A stretch of DNA of 64,000 nt from Candidatus Eiseniibacteriota bacterium (lineage in GTDB: Bacteria > Eisenbacteria > RBG-16-71-46). Shown piece by piece: positions 28,462-38,055 of the stretch (the first letter of the stretch is position 1; each line of letters opens with the position of its first letter). The notes beneath the pieces were generated by a model, which searched no databases, had not been told where the DNA came from, and worked only from the letters and a program-made list of their open reading frames with translations. Position numbers and translations under genes: made by a program. The DNA is taken from positions 701,821 to 765,820 of the forward strand of contig OY970178.1 of NCBI GenBank assembly GCA_963707915.1. The letters run 5' to 3'.

Positions 28462-30450
28462 ATGCGACGCCTCGTCCTTGCCGCGCTAACGCTCACCGTC
28501 GTGCTGTCCGCCCCACCGGCGGCGGCCGCGACGGACTCGCCCGCTCGCCCCACGATCCAGCAGTTCCTTCGCATCCGCACCCCCGGCGCCCCGGTCATCC
28601 TGCCGGACGGCTCGCTGCTGCTGCGCGACTGGCCGGACGGCGTGCGCCAGCTCTATCGCGTCGTGCCGAAGCTGCGTGACGGACAGGAGCCCTCGTACCA
28701 GCCGGGCGAGGCGACGACCCTCCGGCTCACCGACTTCCCGGACGGGCTCTCGGGCTTCTCGCTCTCGCCCGACGGGAGCAAGGTCATCCTCTCGCATGCG
28801 CGCGGCGGCAACGAGAACACGCAGCTGACCCTGCTCGACCCGCTGGCGGAGCCCGGCAAGGGACTCACCCCGCTCTTCGCGAACCCGAAGGCGCAGGCCG
28901 CGGTGAACGCCTGGCTGCGGGACGGCTCGGGCTTCGTCTACTCGGCGAACGACGAGAGCCCGAACGACTTCTACCTCTACCGCTACGACTTCGCGACCGG
29001 CCGCACGACCCGGCTGCTGGGGGAGAGTGGCTCCTGGTCGGCCCAGGACATCACGGACGACGGCCGGCGCCTGCTCGTGCAGAAGTACCTCTCGGCTTCC
29101 GACGCGCAGTGCTACGAGCTGGACCTCGCCACCGGCCGGCTGAAGGACCTGACCATCCGGCCCGAGGGCGGGACCGCCGCCTGCTCGTTCGCGGGCTACA
29201 TGCCGGGCGAGCGCTCCGTGCTCATGCTGTCGGACCTCAAGGACGGGATGCAGCGCCTGTACCTGAAGGACCTCAGGAGTGGCGCGGTGCGCGAGCCGGT
29301 CCCCGCGCTCGGCCGCTTCGAGCTGGACGGCGCCGGTCCCAACGACGGGCGCGACTACCTCTTCGCCATCGCGAACGAGGACGGCTACGGCGTCCTGAGC
29401 GTCTTCACCCTGCCGGACTTCAGGCCGGTGCCCATGCCCGCGACGGACCCCGGGGTGATCTCCGTCGCCTCGTTCCGGGGCCCCACGCTGGTCTGGACGC
29501 TCGGCAACTCCCGCACGGCCGGCACCGCCTCCGCCACCACCTTCACGCGGCCCGCCCGCGGCCCCACGACGCAGCACACGCGCCAGCTCACCTGGACCCA
29601 GGACCAGGGCATCGACCTGAAGAGCTTCCCGCTGCCCCGGCTGGTCCGCTACCCCGCGTCCGACGGCCGGCAGATCCCCGCCTTCCTGTTGCTGCCGCCG
29701 GGCCACGTCGCGGGGACGCCCGTCCCGTTCGTGATCGAGTACCACGGTGGCCCGGAGGGCCAGAGCCGGCCGGGCTTCAGCGCCACCGACCAGTACCTGC
29801 TCTCGCGCGGCTTCGGCATCCTGCTGCCGAACGTCCGCGGCAGCACCGGCTACGGGCGGGCCTACCAGATGCTCGACGACTACAAGGGCCGCTGGGGCAG
29901 CGTCCGCGACGGGGTCGACGCCGCCGAGTGGCTGGTGAAGAGCGGGTACGGCGCGCCCGGGAGGATCGCCGCCTACGGCGGCTCCTACGGCGGCTTCATG
30001 TCCGTGGCCTGCGTCGTCGAGGACCAGGAGCGCGTCGAGCGCGGCGAGCGCCCGGAGCGCCTGTTCGGCGCCTGCGTGGACATCGTGGGCATCGTGAACC
30101 TGAAGACCTTCCTCGAGAAGACCAGCGGGTACCGGCGCAAGCTGCGCGAGGTGGAGTACGGCCCGCTCACCGATCCGGAGTTCCTGACCAGCATCTCGAG
30201 CCTCGAGCGCGTGGACAAGATCCGGGTGCCGGTCTTCATCGCGCACGGCTTCAACGATCCGCGCGTGCCGGTGCAGGAGGCGATGCAGCTGGCGACGGCG
30301 CTGAAGGAGCTCGGCCGCGAGCCGCGCCTGTTCGTCGCCCCCGACGAGGGACACGGCTTCGCGAAGCTCGACAACCGGGTCTACTTCAACGAGCGGATGA
30401 CGCAGTTCCTCGACGAGACCATCGGTGGCGGGAGGGGGGCGGCCCGGTAG
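28462..30450 (+). CDS. S9-family serine peptidase (prolyl oligopeptidase/acylaminoacyl-peptidase-like) with N-terminal beta-propeller
   Basis: Signal peptide; C-terminal alpha/beta hydrolase with nucleophile elbow GGSYGG and catalytic Asp/His region (HGFNDPRVP...DEGHGF). Confidence 0.8.
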   Translation: MRRLVLAALTLTVVLSAPPAAAATDSPARPTIQQFLRIRTPGAPVILPDGSLLLRDWPDGVRQLYRVVPKLRDGQEPSYQPGEATTLRLTDFPDGLSGFSLSPDGSKVILSHARGGNENTQLTLLDPLAEPGKGLTPLFANPKAQAAVNAWLRDGSGFVYSANDESPNDFYLYRYDFATGRTTRLLGESGSWSAQDITDDGRRLLVQKYLSASDAQCYELDLATGRLKDLTIRPEGGTAACSFAGYMPGERSVLMLSDLKDGMQRLYLKDLRSGAVREPVPALGRFELDGAGPNDGRDYLFAIANEDGYGVLSVFTLPDFRPVPMPATDPGVISVASFRGPTLVWTLGNSRTAGTASATTFTRPARGPTTQHTRQLTWTQDQGIDLKSFPLPRLVRYPASDGRQIPAFLLLPPGHVAGTPVPFVIEYHGGPEGQSRPGFSATDQYLLSRGFGILLPNVRGSTGYGRAYQMLDDYKGRWGSVRDGVDAAEWLVKSGYGAPGRIAAYGGSYGGFMSVACVVEDQERVERGERPERLFGACVDIVGIVNLKTFLEKTSGYRRKLREVEYGPLTDPEFLTSISSLERVDKIRVPVFIAHGFNDPRVPVQEAMQLATALKELGREPRLFVAPDEGHGFAKLDNRVYFNERMTQFLDETIGGGRGAAR

Positions 30451-30453
30451 CGG

Positions 30454-31500
30454 TCACCGCCCCGCGCCCGGCGGCTCGCCTCCGCCCCGCCGCGAGGCGT
30501 CGCGCGGGCTGCCGCCGAAATCCATGCGGCGCAGCGCCGTCGCGGTGATCAGCCCGATGACGATCATCGCGACGGCGAAGCCGAGGTACGCGATCCGCCA
30601 GTTGATGCCGCTGGTCATCATGCTGTACTCGGACATGCCCCCGATCCCCGCGATCAGGTTGAGCGGCAGGAACACCACGTTGATCCGGGTCAGGTTCTTG
30701 AGCAGCTGGTTCATGTTGTTGTTGACCAGGCTGCCGCGGGCGTCCATCAGCCCCGAGAGCACCGTGGAGTAGATCTCCGCCTGCTTGAAGCACTGGTCGT
30801 TCTCGATGACCAGGTCGTCGAGGAACTCCAGATCGGCGGTGGAGAACCCGGTCTTCTCCGCGTGGACCCGCAGCCGCGCCAGCGCGACGCCGTTGGAGTT
30901 GATGGCGTTGAGGTAGTAGATCAGGCTCTCGCTGAGGTTGAACATCTGGATGAGGTGCTTGTTCTCCATCGAGGTGTTGATCTTCTGCTGGAGGTCCCGC
31001 GCGATCATCTTGATGACCTTGAGGTGCTCGAGGTAGTGCTGGATGGTGTGCGCCAGCAGCCCGAGCAGGACGTCGGCGGGACGGTGGAACGCGGGAACAT
31101 GCCGGGCCCCGCTGGTCAGGGGCAGGGTGTCCGTCACGATGACGGCCATGCGCCGCTCGAGCAGCAGGATCCCGATCGAGGCCACGTCGAAGTAGAACGT
31201 GTCCCTGCCCGAGTAACTGGTCGGCCGTTTCCAGATCAGCAGCACGCGGCCGGGCGCCAGCTCGACGCGGGGCACCTCGTCGGGGTCCAGCGCGGAGGAC
31301 AGCGTGTGCTCGTCCAGGCCGAAGCCGGTGCGCAGCAGGTCCCGCTCGGCGGCGTCGGGGTTCACGAAGACCTGGATGGCGGGGTCCAGCGAGGTGGCCG
31401 GTACCATGGCGCCGTCCGCCAGGTCGAAGAGTTGGATCATCTGCGCCTCCCGCAGCGGGTGCCGGTGGACCTCGGGGACATCGCGCTGCGTTCGAAGCAT
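30454..31500 (-). CDS. corA: CorA-family divalent cation transporter with non-canonical GMS in place of GMN
   Basis: C-terminal two TM helices around FLPLNLIAGIGGMSEYS (canonical CorA is YGMNF); start ATG 31500 (alternative 31440). Confidence 0.7.
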   Translation of the reverse strand: MLRTQRDVPEVHRHPLREAQMIQLFDLADGAMVPATSLDPAIQVFVNPDAAERDLLRTGFGLDEHTLSSALDPDEVPRVELAPGRVLLIWKRPTSYSGRDTFYFDVASIGILLLERRMAVIVTDTLPLTSGARHVPAFHRPADVLLGLLAHTIQHYLEHLKVIKMIARDLQQKINTSMENKHLIQMFNLSESLIYYLNAINSNGVALARLRVHAEKTGFSTADLEFLDDLVIENDQCFKQAEIYSTVLSGLMDARGSLVNNNMNQLLKNLTRINVVFLPLNLIAGIGGMSEYSMMTSGINWRIAYLGFAVAMIVIGLITATALRRMDFGGSPRDASRRGGGEPPGAGR

Positions 31501-31665
31501 GGGAGCCCCACCCGCGGACCGGTCCCATCCGATCCGCGCGTCCCGCAGCCGCGCACCGGCCAATATGGCGCGGGTGCGCATGCCGGGCAAGCGGGCCCGC
31601 GCGGGCCGGCCCACGCCACGCGGCGGTCGCTTGACGCGGGCCGCGCGGCTCCCGAACATGCCGCC

Positions 31666-32928
31666 ATGAACCCGCTCCCGACGCAGTCCCCGCTCGCGCC
31701 GTCCCGCTTCCCGTTCTACCCCGCCGTCTCGAGCATCCACGACGGCCAGGCGCTCCGCGACCTGGTCGAATCCTACGCGGCGCCGCTGCGGGCCCTCGGG
31801 GGCGAGGCGTGGGCGCCCGCCGCCGGGCCGGCGTCGTCCACCCCGCTGGTCTTCGTCGCCACCGGCGGCACGGAGCGCCTGATCCTCGACGGCGCGGGCT
31901 TCGACGCGCGCGAACCGGCTTTGCTGGTCGCGCACCCGGGGCACAACTCGCTGCCGGCCGCGATGGAGGTGCTCGCGCGCGTCCAGCAGCTCGGCATCCG
32001 CGGGGAGATCGTCTACCTCCGCGGGCCGGAGGACGACGCCGGGCTGCAACGGCTCGCCGCGGCACTCCACGACCGGCAGGTGCGGCGGGCCCTCCGCGCG
32101 AGCCGCATCGGGCTGGTGGGGGAGCCGTCGGACTGGCTGGTCGCGAGCAGTCCTCCGCTCGCGACGGTCACCGAGGTCTGGGGGCCGGCCGTGGTCCCGG
32201 TCCCGCTCGAGTCGATCCTCGCCGACCCCGACGCCGAGGTCGCGGCCCGCGGAGCCGCTCTCGCCGACGATTTCCGTGCGGGCGCGAGCGCGCTGGTGGA
32301 ACCGGCGGAGTCCGACCTGCTGGCCGCCGGAAACGTTTACGAGCTGCTCCGCCGGGTGGTGCAGGCCGGGCGCTTCGACGCGGTCGCGGTGCGGTGCTTC
32401 GACCTCGTGGTGCGCAAGCGGACCACCGGCTGCCTGGCACTGGCCCGCATGAACGAGCAGGGCGTGATCGCCGGCTGCGAGGGCGACCTGATCGCCACCG
32501 TCGCGATGCTCTGGGTCCGCCGGCTGCTCGGCAGCATCTCGTGGATGGCCAACCCGTCACGGATCGACCTGGACGGCCCCCGCCTGAGCCTCGCCCATTG
32601 CACCGTCCCCCGCAGTCCGGGCGGCGCGTATCGCCTGCGCTCGCACTTCGAATCGGGCCTGGGGGTCGGCATCCAGGGCACGCTCCCCGCCGGCCCGGTC
32701 ACGCTGGTGCGCATCGGCGGCGCCCGCATGGAGCGGCTGCTGGCCGTCGACGGGGACCTCGTCCGCAACACCGACCACCCGGACCTGTGCCGCACGCAGG
32801 TCGAGGTCGAGGTCGGCCGCGACGTGTTGCAGGAGTTGCTCGACCGGCCGCTCGGCAACCACGTGGTGGTCGTGCCGGGTCACCACGCCGCCGCCCTCCG
32901 GCGGTGGCACGGGACGATGATCGCCTGA
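31666..32928 (+). CDS. Hypothetical protein, possibly sugar isomerase-like fold
   Basis: 420-aa ORF with good start context; weak resemblance to L-fucose/L-arabinose isomerase-like proteins (FVATGGTE, RCFDLVVRKRTTGCLALARMNEQGVIAGCEGDL); product not secure. Confidence 0.5.
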   Translation: MNPLPTQSPLAPSRFPFYPAVSSIHDGQALRDLVESYAAPLRALGGEAWAPAAGPASSTPLVFVATGGTERLILDGAGFDAREPALLVAHPGHNSLPAAMEVLARVQQLGIRGEIVYLRGPEDDAGLQRLAAALHDRQVRRALRASRIGLVGEPSDWLVASSPPLATVTEVWGPAVVPVPLESILADPDAEVAARGAALADDFRAGASALVEPAESDLLAAGNVYELLRRVVQAGRFDAVAVRCFDLVVRKRTTGCLALARMNEQGVIAGCEGDLIATVAMLWVRRLLGSISWMANPSRIDLDGPRLSLAHCTVPRSPGGAYRLRSHFESGLGVGIQGTLPAGPVTLVRIGGARMERLLAVDGDLVRNTDHPDLCRTQVEVEVGRDVLQELLDRPLGNHVVVVPGHHAAALRRWHGTMIA

Positions 32929-33818
32929 TGCTCCGACCCGCCGGACAGAGCGCGCCGGAACCCTGCCGGCCGGCGCTGGTCGTGCTCGACTTCGACGGGA
33001 CGCTGACCGACGCGGACGCCCACGCTCCGGCCTTCCACGAGGCCTCCGGCCGGGAGCTGGCGCGCCGGCTCGGCTGGGACGACGCCACGCTGAAGTCGGA
33101 ATGGCGGCGCGCGCGGGGCGCGGTGGCGCGGCTGCCGGCGAGCGCGGCGTGGATGGTGGACGGGCGTGGAGTCTGTCCCGCGGCGGCCGACCCGTACCTG
33201 GTCGCGAACAGCGTGACCCGGCGGCTGCTGCGCGAGCACCGCCCCGGCCTCGACGACGCGGCGCTCACCGCCGGCGTGCTCGAGGTGCACCGCGCGACCT
33301 ACCAGCGCGTGGCGCCGCCCTTCCGGCCGGACGCCCGCGGGCTGCTCGAGGCGCTCTGCGCGGACGGTCTCCACGTGCGGGTGGTCACCAATTCGGACAC
33401 GCGCGCCGTGGCCGCGATGCTGGACGCGCTGGGCTTCGCCGGCCGGCAGCGGGTGGTCGTGCGCGGGGAAGCGGGCAAGTTCTCGGTCTGCGCGAGCTCC
33501 CGACCGGACGAACGCTTCGACGCGCTGCCGGAGACCGTGGACTGGCCGGGGGTCGGCCGGCCGATCCACCTGCGCCGCGGCAGGTACTTCGACCTGCTGC
33601 GCGCCGCCTGGGACGAGACCGGCACCGCTCCGGCGTCGACACTGGTGGTGGGCGACGTCTTCGAGCTCGACCACGCCATGCCGGCCGCGCTCGGGACTCA
33701 CGTCCACCTGGTCACGCGCGCCGGCACGATGCCCCACGAGGAGAGGCTGGCGCGGATGATGGTCCGGGGCGACGCCGACGGGCGGCTGGCGGCCATCGTG
33801 GAGCGGGTCCTCCGATAG
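32928..33818 (+). CDS. HAD-superfamily hydrolase
   Basis: Motif I VVLDFDGTLTD; later VVTNSD and GDVFELD motifs; ATG overlaps upstream stop (TGATG). Confidence 0.75.
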   Translation: MLRPAGQSAPEPCRPALVVLDFDGTLTDADAHAPAFHEASGRELARRLGWDDATLKSEWRRARGAVARLPASAAWMVDGRGVCPAAADPYLVANSVTRRLLREHRPGLDDAALTAGVLEVHRATYQRVAPPFRPDARGLLEALCADGLHVRVVTNSDTRAVAAMLDALGFAGRQRVVVRGEAGKFSVCASSRPDERFDALPETVDWPGVGRPIHLRRGRYFDLLRAAWDETGTAPASTLVVGDVFELDHAMPAALGTHVHLVTRAGTMPHEERLARMMVRGDADGRLAAIVERVLR

Positions 33819-34086
33819 CCGGGGCCGTCACGGCGCGGCGGCGTCCTTCGCCGGCCCGGGACCCGCGGCCGGGCGATCGTCCGCGTCCTTTCGCGCGGTG
33901 GGCGACAGGCCGCCGTGCTCATCCACCGGCGGGCGCCGCTGACCCTGCTTCCGCCACGCCGACTCCCGCGCTCGTCACCCGATTGCACCCTTCCCACGGC
34001 ATGCGCGCGCGGTGTACTCTTCCCGCTTCCGCCGCCAGCCCATGGCGGCCATCCATTTTGGCGCCACGCGCCTCGGGAGGTCTTCG

Positions 34087-35595
34087 ATGGCAGCACAGCC
34101 CGCCGTCCCCACGTACGCCCCGCGCGGCTACGAGTTCGCCGACGCGGGCCTGGCCCGCAACTGGATCGGCGGCGAGTGGCGCGATTCGTCCACCGGCGCC
34201 ACCCTGGACGTCGAGAACCCCCGCCACGGCCGCACGATGGGCCGGGTGGTCGTCTCGCCCCCGGCCGACGTGGACGCCGCCGTGCAGGCGGCCCGTGCCG
34301 CCCTGCCGGGCTGGCGCGCGCTGGCGCTGCGCGAGCGCGCCCAGGTGCTCTACCGCCTCAAGGCCATCCTCGAGCGCGACATGGAAGAGCTGTGCTGGCT
34401 GCTCTCCGCCGAGAACGGCAAGGTCTACAGCGAGGCCCTCGGCGACGTCGGCAAGGGCATCGAGTGCATCGAGTTCGCGGCCTCGCTCGCGATGGGCGGC
34501 GCCGGACCGCAGCTCGACGTGAGCCGCGGCGTGAACTGCAAGGTCAGCTACGAGCCGCTCGGCGTGGTCGCCGGCATCACGCCGTTCAACTTCCCGATGA
34601 TGGTGCCGCTCTGGATGATCCCGAATGCGCTGATGGGCGGCAACGCCTTCATCCTGAAGCCCGCGTCCAGCGTCCCCTTCGGCCCGACCCGCATCGCCGC
34701 CGCGTTCGAGGAGGCCGGCCTGCCCCGGGGGATCCTCAACATCGTCAACGGGCGCCGCGAGGTGGTGAGCGCCATCGTCCAGCACCCCGGCATCGCCGCC
34801 GTGCAGTTCGTCGGCTCGACCGCGGTCGCGAAGAGCCTCTACGCGCAGGGCGCGTCCCTCGGCAAGCGCATGATGTGCCTGGGCTCGGCGAAGAACCACG
34901 CCATCGTGGTGCCCGACGCCGATCCCGAGCTCACCGCCTCGACCATGGTGGCCTCGGCGTACGGCTGCGCGGGCCAGCGCTGCATGGCCGCCACGCTCAT
35001 GGTCGCCGTCGGCGACGTGCAGCACATCATCGACGACATGGCCCGGCGCACGCGCCTGCTGAAGCTCGGCCAGGACATGGGCCCGATCATCACCCGCGAG
35101 GACCACGCGCGCATCCTGGCGCACATCGACCGGGCCGAGGCGATGGGCGCCCGGATCCTGGTGGACGGCCGCAAGGCCACCGTCGACGGCTGCGCCGGAG
35201 GCCACTGGATCGGCCCGACGCTCCTCGATGGCGTCACCCCGGACATGCCGTGCGCCCGCGAGGAGATCTTCGGGCCGGTGTTCGGCATCGTGCACACCCG
35301 GACGCTGGACGAGGCCATCGACTTCGCCAACGGCAGCCCTTACGGCAACGGCGGCGCCATCTTCACGCAGAGCGGCAACGTCGCCCGGATCGCGGCCGAG
35401 CGGCTCGACGTCGGCATGTTCGGCGTGAACATCGGCATCCCGGTGCCGCGCGAGCCGTTCGCCTTCGGCGGCTGGAAGGACAGCGGCTTCGCCCACATGG
35501 ACATCACCGGCCTGGACGGCTTCCGCTTCTGGACCCGTACCAAGAAGACCACCGAGAAGTGGGCGCAGCAGGCCGGCGGATCGTGGATGTCGTGA
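34087..35595 (+). CDS. mmsA: CoA-acylating (methyl)malonate-semialdehyde dehydrogenase
   Basis: ALDH superfamily; MMSDH-type features (catalytic Cys in GQRCMA, GSAKNHAIVVPDAD); RBS gggagg. Confidence 0.85.
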   Translation: MAAQPAVPTYAPRGYEFADAGLARNWIGGEWRDSSTGATLDVENPRHGRTMGRVVVSPPADVDAAVQAARAALPGWRALALRERAQVLYRLKAILERDMEELCWLLSAENGKVYSEALGDVGKGIECIEFAASLAMGGAGPQLDVSRGVNCKVSYEPLGVVAGITPFNFPMMVPLWMIPNALMGGNAFILKPASSVPFGPTRIAAAFEEAGLPRGILNIVNGRREVVSAIVQHPGIAAVQFVGSTAVAKSLYAQGASLGKRMMCLGSAKNHAIVVPDADPELTASTMVASAYGCAGQRCMAATLMVAVGDVQHIIDDMARRTRLLKLGQDMGPIITREDHARILAHIDRAEAMGARILVDGRKATVDGCAGGHWIGPTLLDGVTPDMPCAREEIFGPVFGIVHTRTLDEAIDFANGSPYGNGGAIFTQSGNVARIAAERLDVGMFGVNIGIPVPREPFAFGGWKDSGFAHMDITGLDGFRFWTRTKKTTEKWAQQAGGSWMS

Positions 35596-35727
35596 GCCCG
35601 GCCCGCCGGCGGGGCGGGGCGCTTCGGCTGGACCGGTAGGTTCACGCGCGTGGCATCGCCGGCGTCCGCGCGACGGCTTCGATCGGCACGGGCTCGATCG
35701 GTTTACGTCTCACTGGAGGCTTCCGCC

Positions 35728-37116
35728 ATGCGGGTGCTCATCAAGAACGGCACCGTCACGACCTCGGTCGACTCCTGCAAGGCCGACGTATGGATCGACG
35801 ACGGGACCATCGTCGCGGTCGCCGCCCCCTCGGCCCGCGCCCGCTTCGAGGCGGACCGCGAGATCGACGCCACCGGCAAGCTGGTGATGCCGGGCGGCAT
35901 CGACGTCCACACCCACCTCGACATGCCCTTCATGGGGACGGTGTCCAAGGACGACTTCGAGACCGGCACGATCGCCGCGGCCCACGGCGGCACGACCACG
36001 ATCATCGACTTCGCCATCCAGGCGCGCGGCGCGGCGCTGCGGGCCGGCCTCGACGCCTGGCACGCCAAGGCCGAGGGCAAGGCGGTCATCGATTACGGTT
36101 TCCACATGATCATGTCCGACGTCAACCCGGCCACGCTCGACGAGATGCAGGGGCTGGCCGGCGAGGGCATCACCTCCTACAAGCTGTTCACGGCCTACCC
36201 GGGCGCGCTCTACTCGGACGACGGCCAGATCCTCCGCGCGCTGCAGCGGGCCCGGGAGGTCGGGGCGCTGGTGCAGATGCACGCCGAGAACGGCATCGCC
36301 ATCAACGCGCTCATCGAGCAGGCCGTCGCGCGCGGCGAGACCGCGCCCCGCCACCACGCCCTCAGCCGGCCGGAGATCGCCGAGGCCGAGGCCACGCACC
36401 GTTCGCTGTGCCTCGCCGAGATCGCGGGCGCACCCATCTACATCGTGCACCTCACCGCCACGCGCGCGCTCGAGGCGGTGACGCGCTTCCGCGAGCGCGG
36501 GCTGCCGGTGTACGCCGAGACCTGCCCCCAGTACCTCTATTGCTCGCTCGACGACATCTCGCGCGAGGGGTTCGAGGGCGCCAAGTTCGTCTGCAGCCCG
36601 CCGGTCCGGCCGAAGGCCATGCAGGACGACCTCTGGCGCGGCCTCGCGAACGGCAACCTCCAGGTGGTGGCCACCGACCATTGCCCGTTCGACTTCGCCA
36701 CCGACAAGCAGATGGGGCGCGAGGTGTTCACCCGGATCCCCAACGGCATGCCGACCATCGAGACGCGGCTGCACCTGCTGTGGGAGGGCGTGCACACCGG
36801 CCGCATCACCGCGCAGCGCTTCGTCGACGTCGTCTCGACCGCCCCGGCGAAGCTGTTCGGGCTCTATCCCCGCAAGGGCACCATCGCCCCCGGGGCCGAC
36901 GCCGACCTGGTGGTCTGGGACCCCGCGAAGCGCCAGGACCTCTCGGTCGCCCACATGCACATGCGCGTCGACTACTCACCCTACGAGGGCAAGGTGGTGC
37001 AGGGCGCTCCCGACCAGGTCCTGTCCCGCGGCCGTGTCATCGTCGACGGCGGCACGTTCCTCGGCCAGCGCGGCACCGGCCGGTTCCTCAAGCGCGCGGC
37101 GTTTTCGCCCATCTAG
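35728..37116 (+). CDS. Dihydropyrimidinase / D-hydantoinase
   Basis: Cyclic amidohydrolase motifs (PGGIDVHTHLDMPFMG, carbamylated-Lys region TSYKLFTAY, VATDHCPF). Confidence 0.85.
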   Translation: MRVLIKNGTVTTSVDSCKADVWIDDGTIVAVAAPSARARFEADREIDATGKLVMPGGIDVHTHLDMPFMGTVSKDDFETGTIAAAHGGTTTIIDFAIQARGAALRAGLDAWHAKAEGKAVIDYGFHMIMSDVNPATLDEMQGLAGEGITSYKLFTAYPGALYSDDGQILRALQRAREVGALVQMHAENGIAINALIEQAVARGETAPRHHALSRPEIAEAEATHRSLCLAEIAGAPIYIVHLTATRALEAVTRFRERGLPVYAETCPQYLYCSLDDISREGFEGAKFVCSPPVRPKAMQDDLWRGLANGNLQVVATDHCPFDFATDKQMGREVFTRIPNGMPTIETRLHLLWEGVHTGRITAQRFVDVVSTAPAKLFGLYPRKGTIAPGADADLVVWDPAKRQDLSVAHMHMRVDYSPYEGKVVQGAPDQVLSRGRVIVDGGTFLGQRGTGRFLKRAAFSPI

Positions 37117-37125
37117 GAGAGCACG

Positions 37126-37998
37126 ATGAGCCCTGTCGTCCGCTGTGGCCTGATCCAGTGCAGCAACCCGCTGAACGATCCGTCGCGTCCGATCGCCGAG
37201 ATCCAGCGGGCGATGATCGACAAGCACCTGCCGTTCATCGAGGCGGCGGGGGAGAAGAAGGTCCAGATCCTCGGCTTCCAGGAGATCTTCAACGGGCCGT
37301 ACTTCTGCCCGAGCCAGGACCCCCGGTGGTACGAGGCGGCCGAGCCCGTCCCGGGGCCCACCACCGAGCTGATGGCGGGCTACGCACGGCGCTTCGAGAT
37401 GGCGATGGTGGTGCCGGTGTACGAGCAGGCCGCGCGCGGCGTGTTCTTCAACACCGCGGCGGTCCTCGACGCCGATGGCCGCTATCTCGGCAAGTACCGC
37501 AAGCAGCACATCCCGCACGTCGCCGGCTTCTGGGAGAAGTTCTTCTTCACCCCGGGGGACGGCGGCTACCCGGTGTTCGCCACGCGCTACGCCCGGGTCG
37601 GCGTGTACATCTGCTACGACCGCCACTTCCCCGAGGGCGCGCGCTGCCTCGGCCTGAACGGGGCCGAGATCGTCTTCAACCCGAGCGCGACCGTGGCAAG
37701 CGTCTCGCGGCACCTGTGGAAGCTCGAGCAACCCGCGCACGCGGTGGCCAACGGCTACTACGTGGCCGCGTCGAACCGCGTCGGCACCGAGCCGCCGTGG
37801 AACATCGGCCGCTTCTTCGGCAACTCGTACTTCGTGAGCCCCCGTGGCCAGATCCTCGCCGAGGCCAGCGAGGACCAGGACGAACTGCTGGTCGCCGACC
37901 TCGACCTCGCCTTCATCGACGAGGTCCGCAAGTCCTGGCAGTTCTACCGTGACCGTCGGCCCGATGCGTACCACGAGATCGAGCGTCGATTCTCGTAG
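37126..37998 (+). CDS. Nitrilase-superfamily N-carbamoyl amidohydrolase (beta-ureidopropionase / N-carbamoyl-amino-acid hydrolase)
   Basis: CN-hydrolase catalytic triad context (FQE, YRKQH, VYICYDRHFPE); adjacent to dihydropyrimidinase. Confidence 0.75.
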   Translation: MSPVVRCGLIQCSNPLNDPSRPIAEIQRAMIDKHLPFIEAAGEKKVQILGFQEIFNGPYFCPSQDPRWYEAAEPVPGPTTELMAGYARRFEMAMVVPVYEQAARGVFFNTAAVLDADGRYLGKYRKQHIPHVAGFWEKFFFTPGDGGYPVFATRYARVGVYICYDRHFPEGARCLGLNGAEIVFNPSATVASVSRHLWKLEQPAHAVANGYYVAASNRVGTEPPWNIGRFFGNSYFVSPRGQILAEASEDQDELLVADLDLAFIDEVRKSWQFYRDRRPDAYHEIERRFS

Positions 37999-38055
37999 CC
38001 GCGGGCCCGCCGGCGCCCGCGGTGGCGCCGGTCCCCCGGCTTCGGCGACTGGAGA

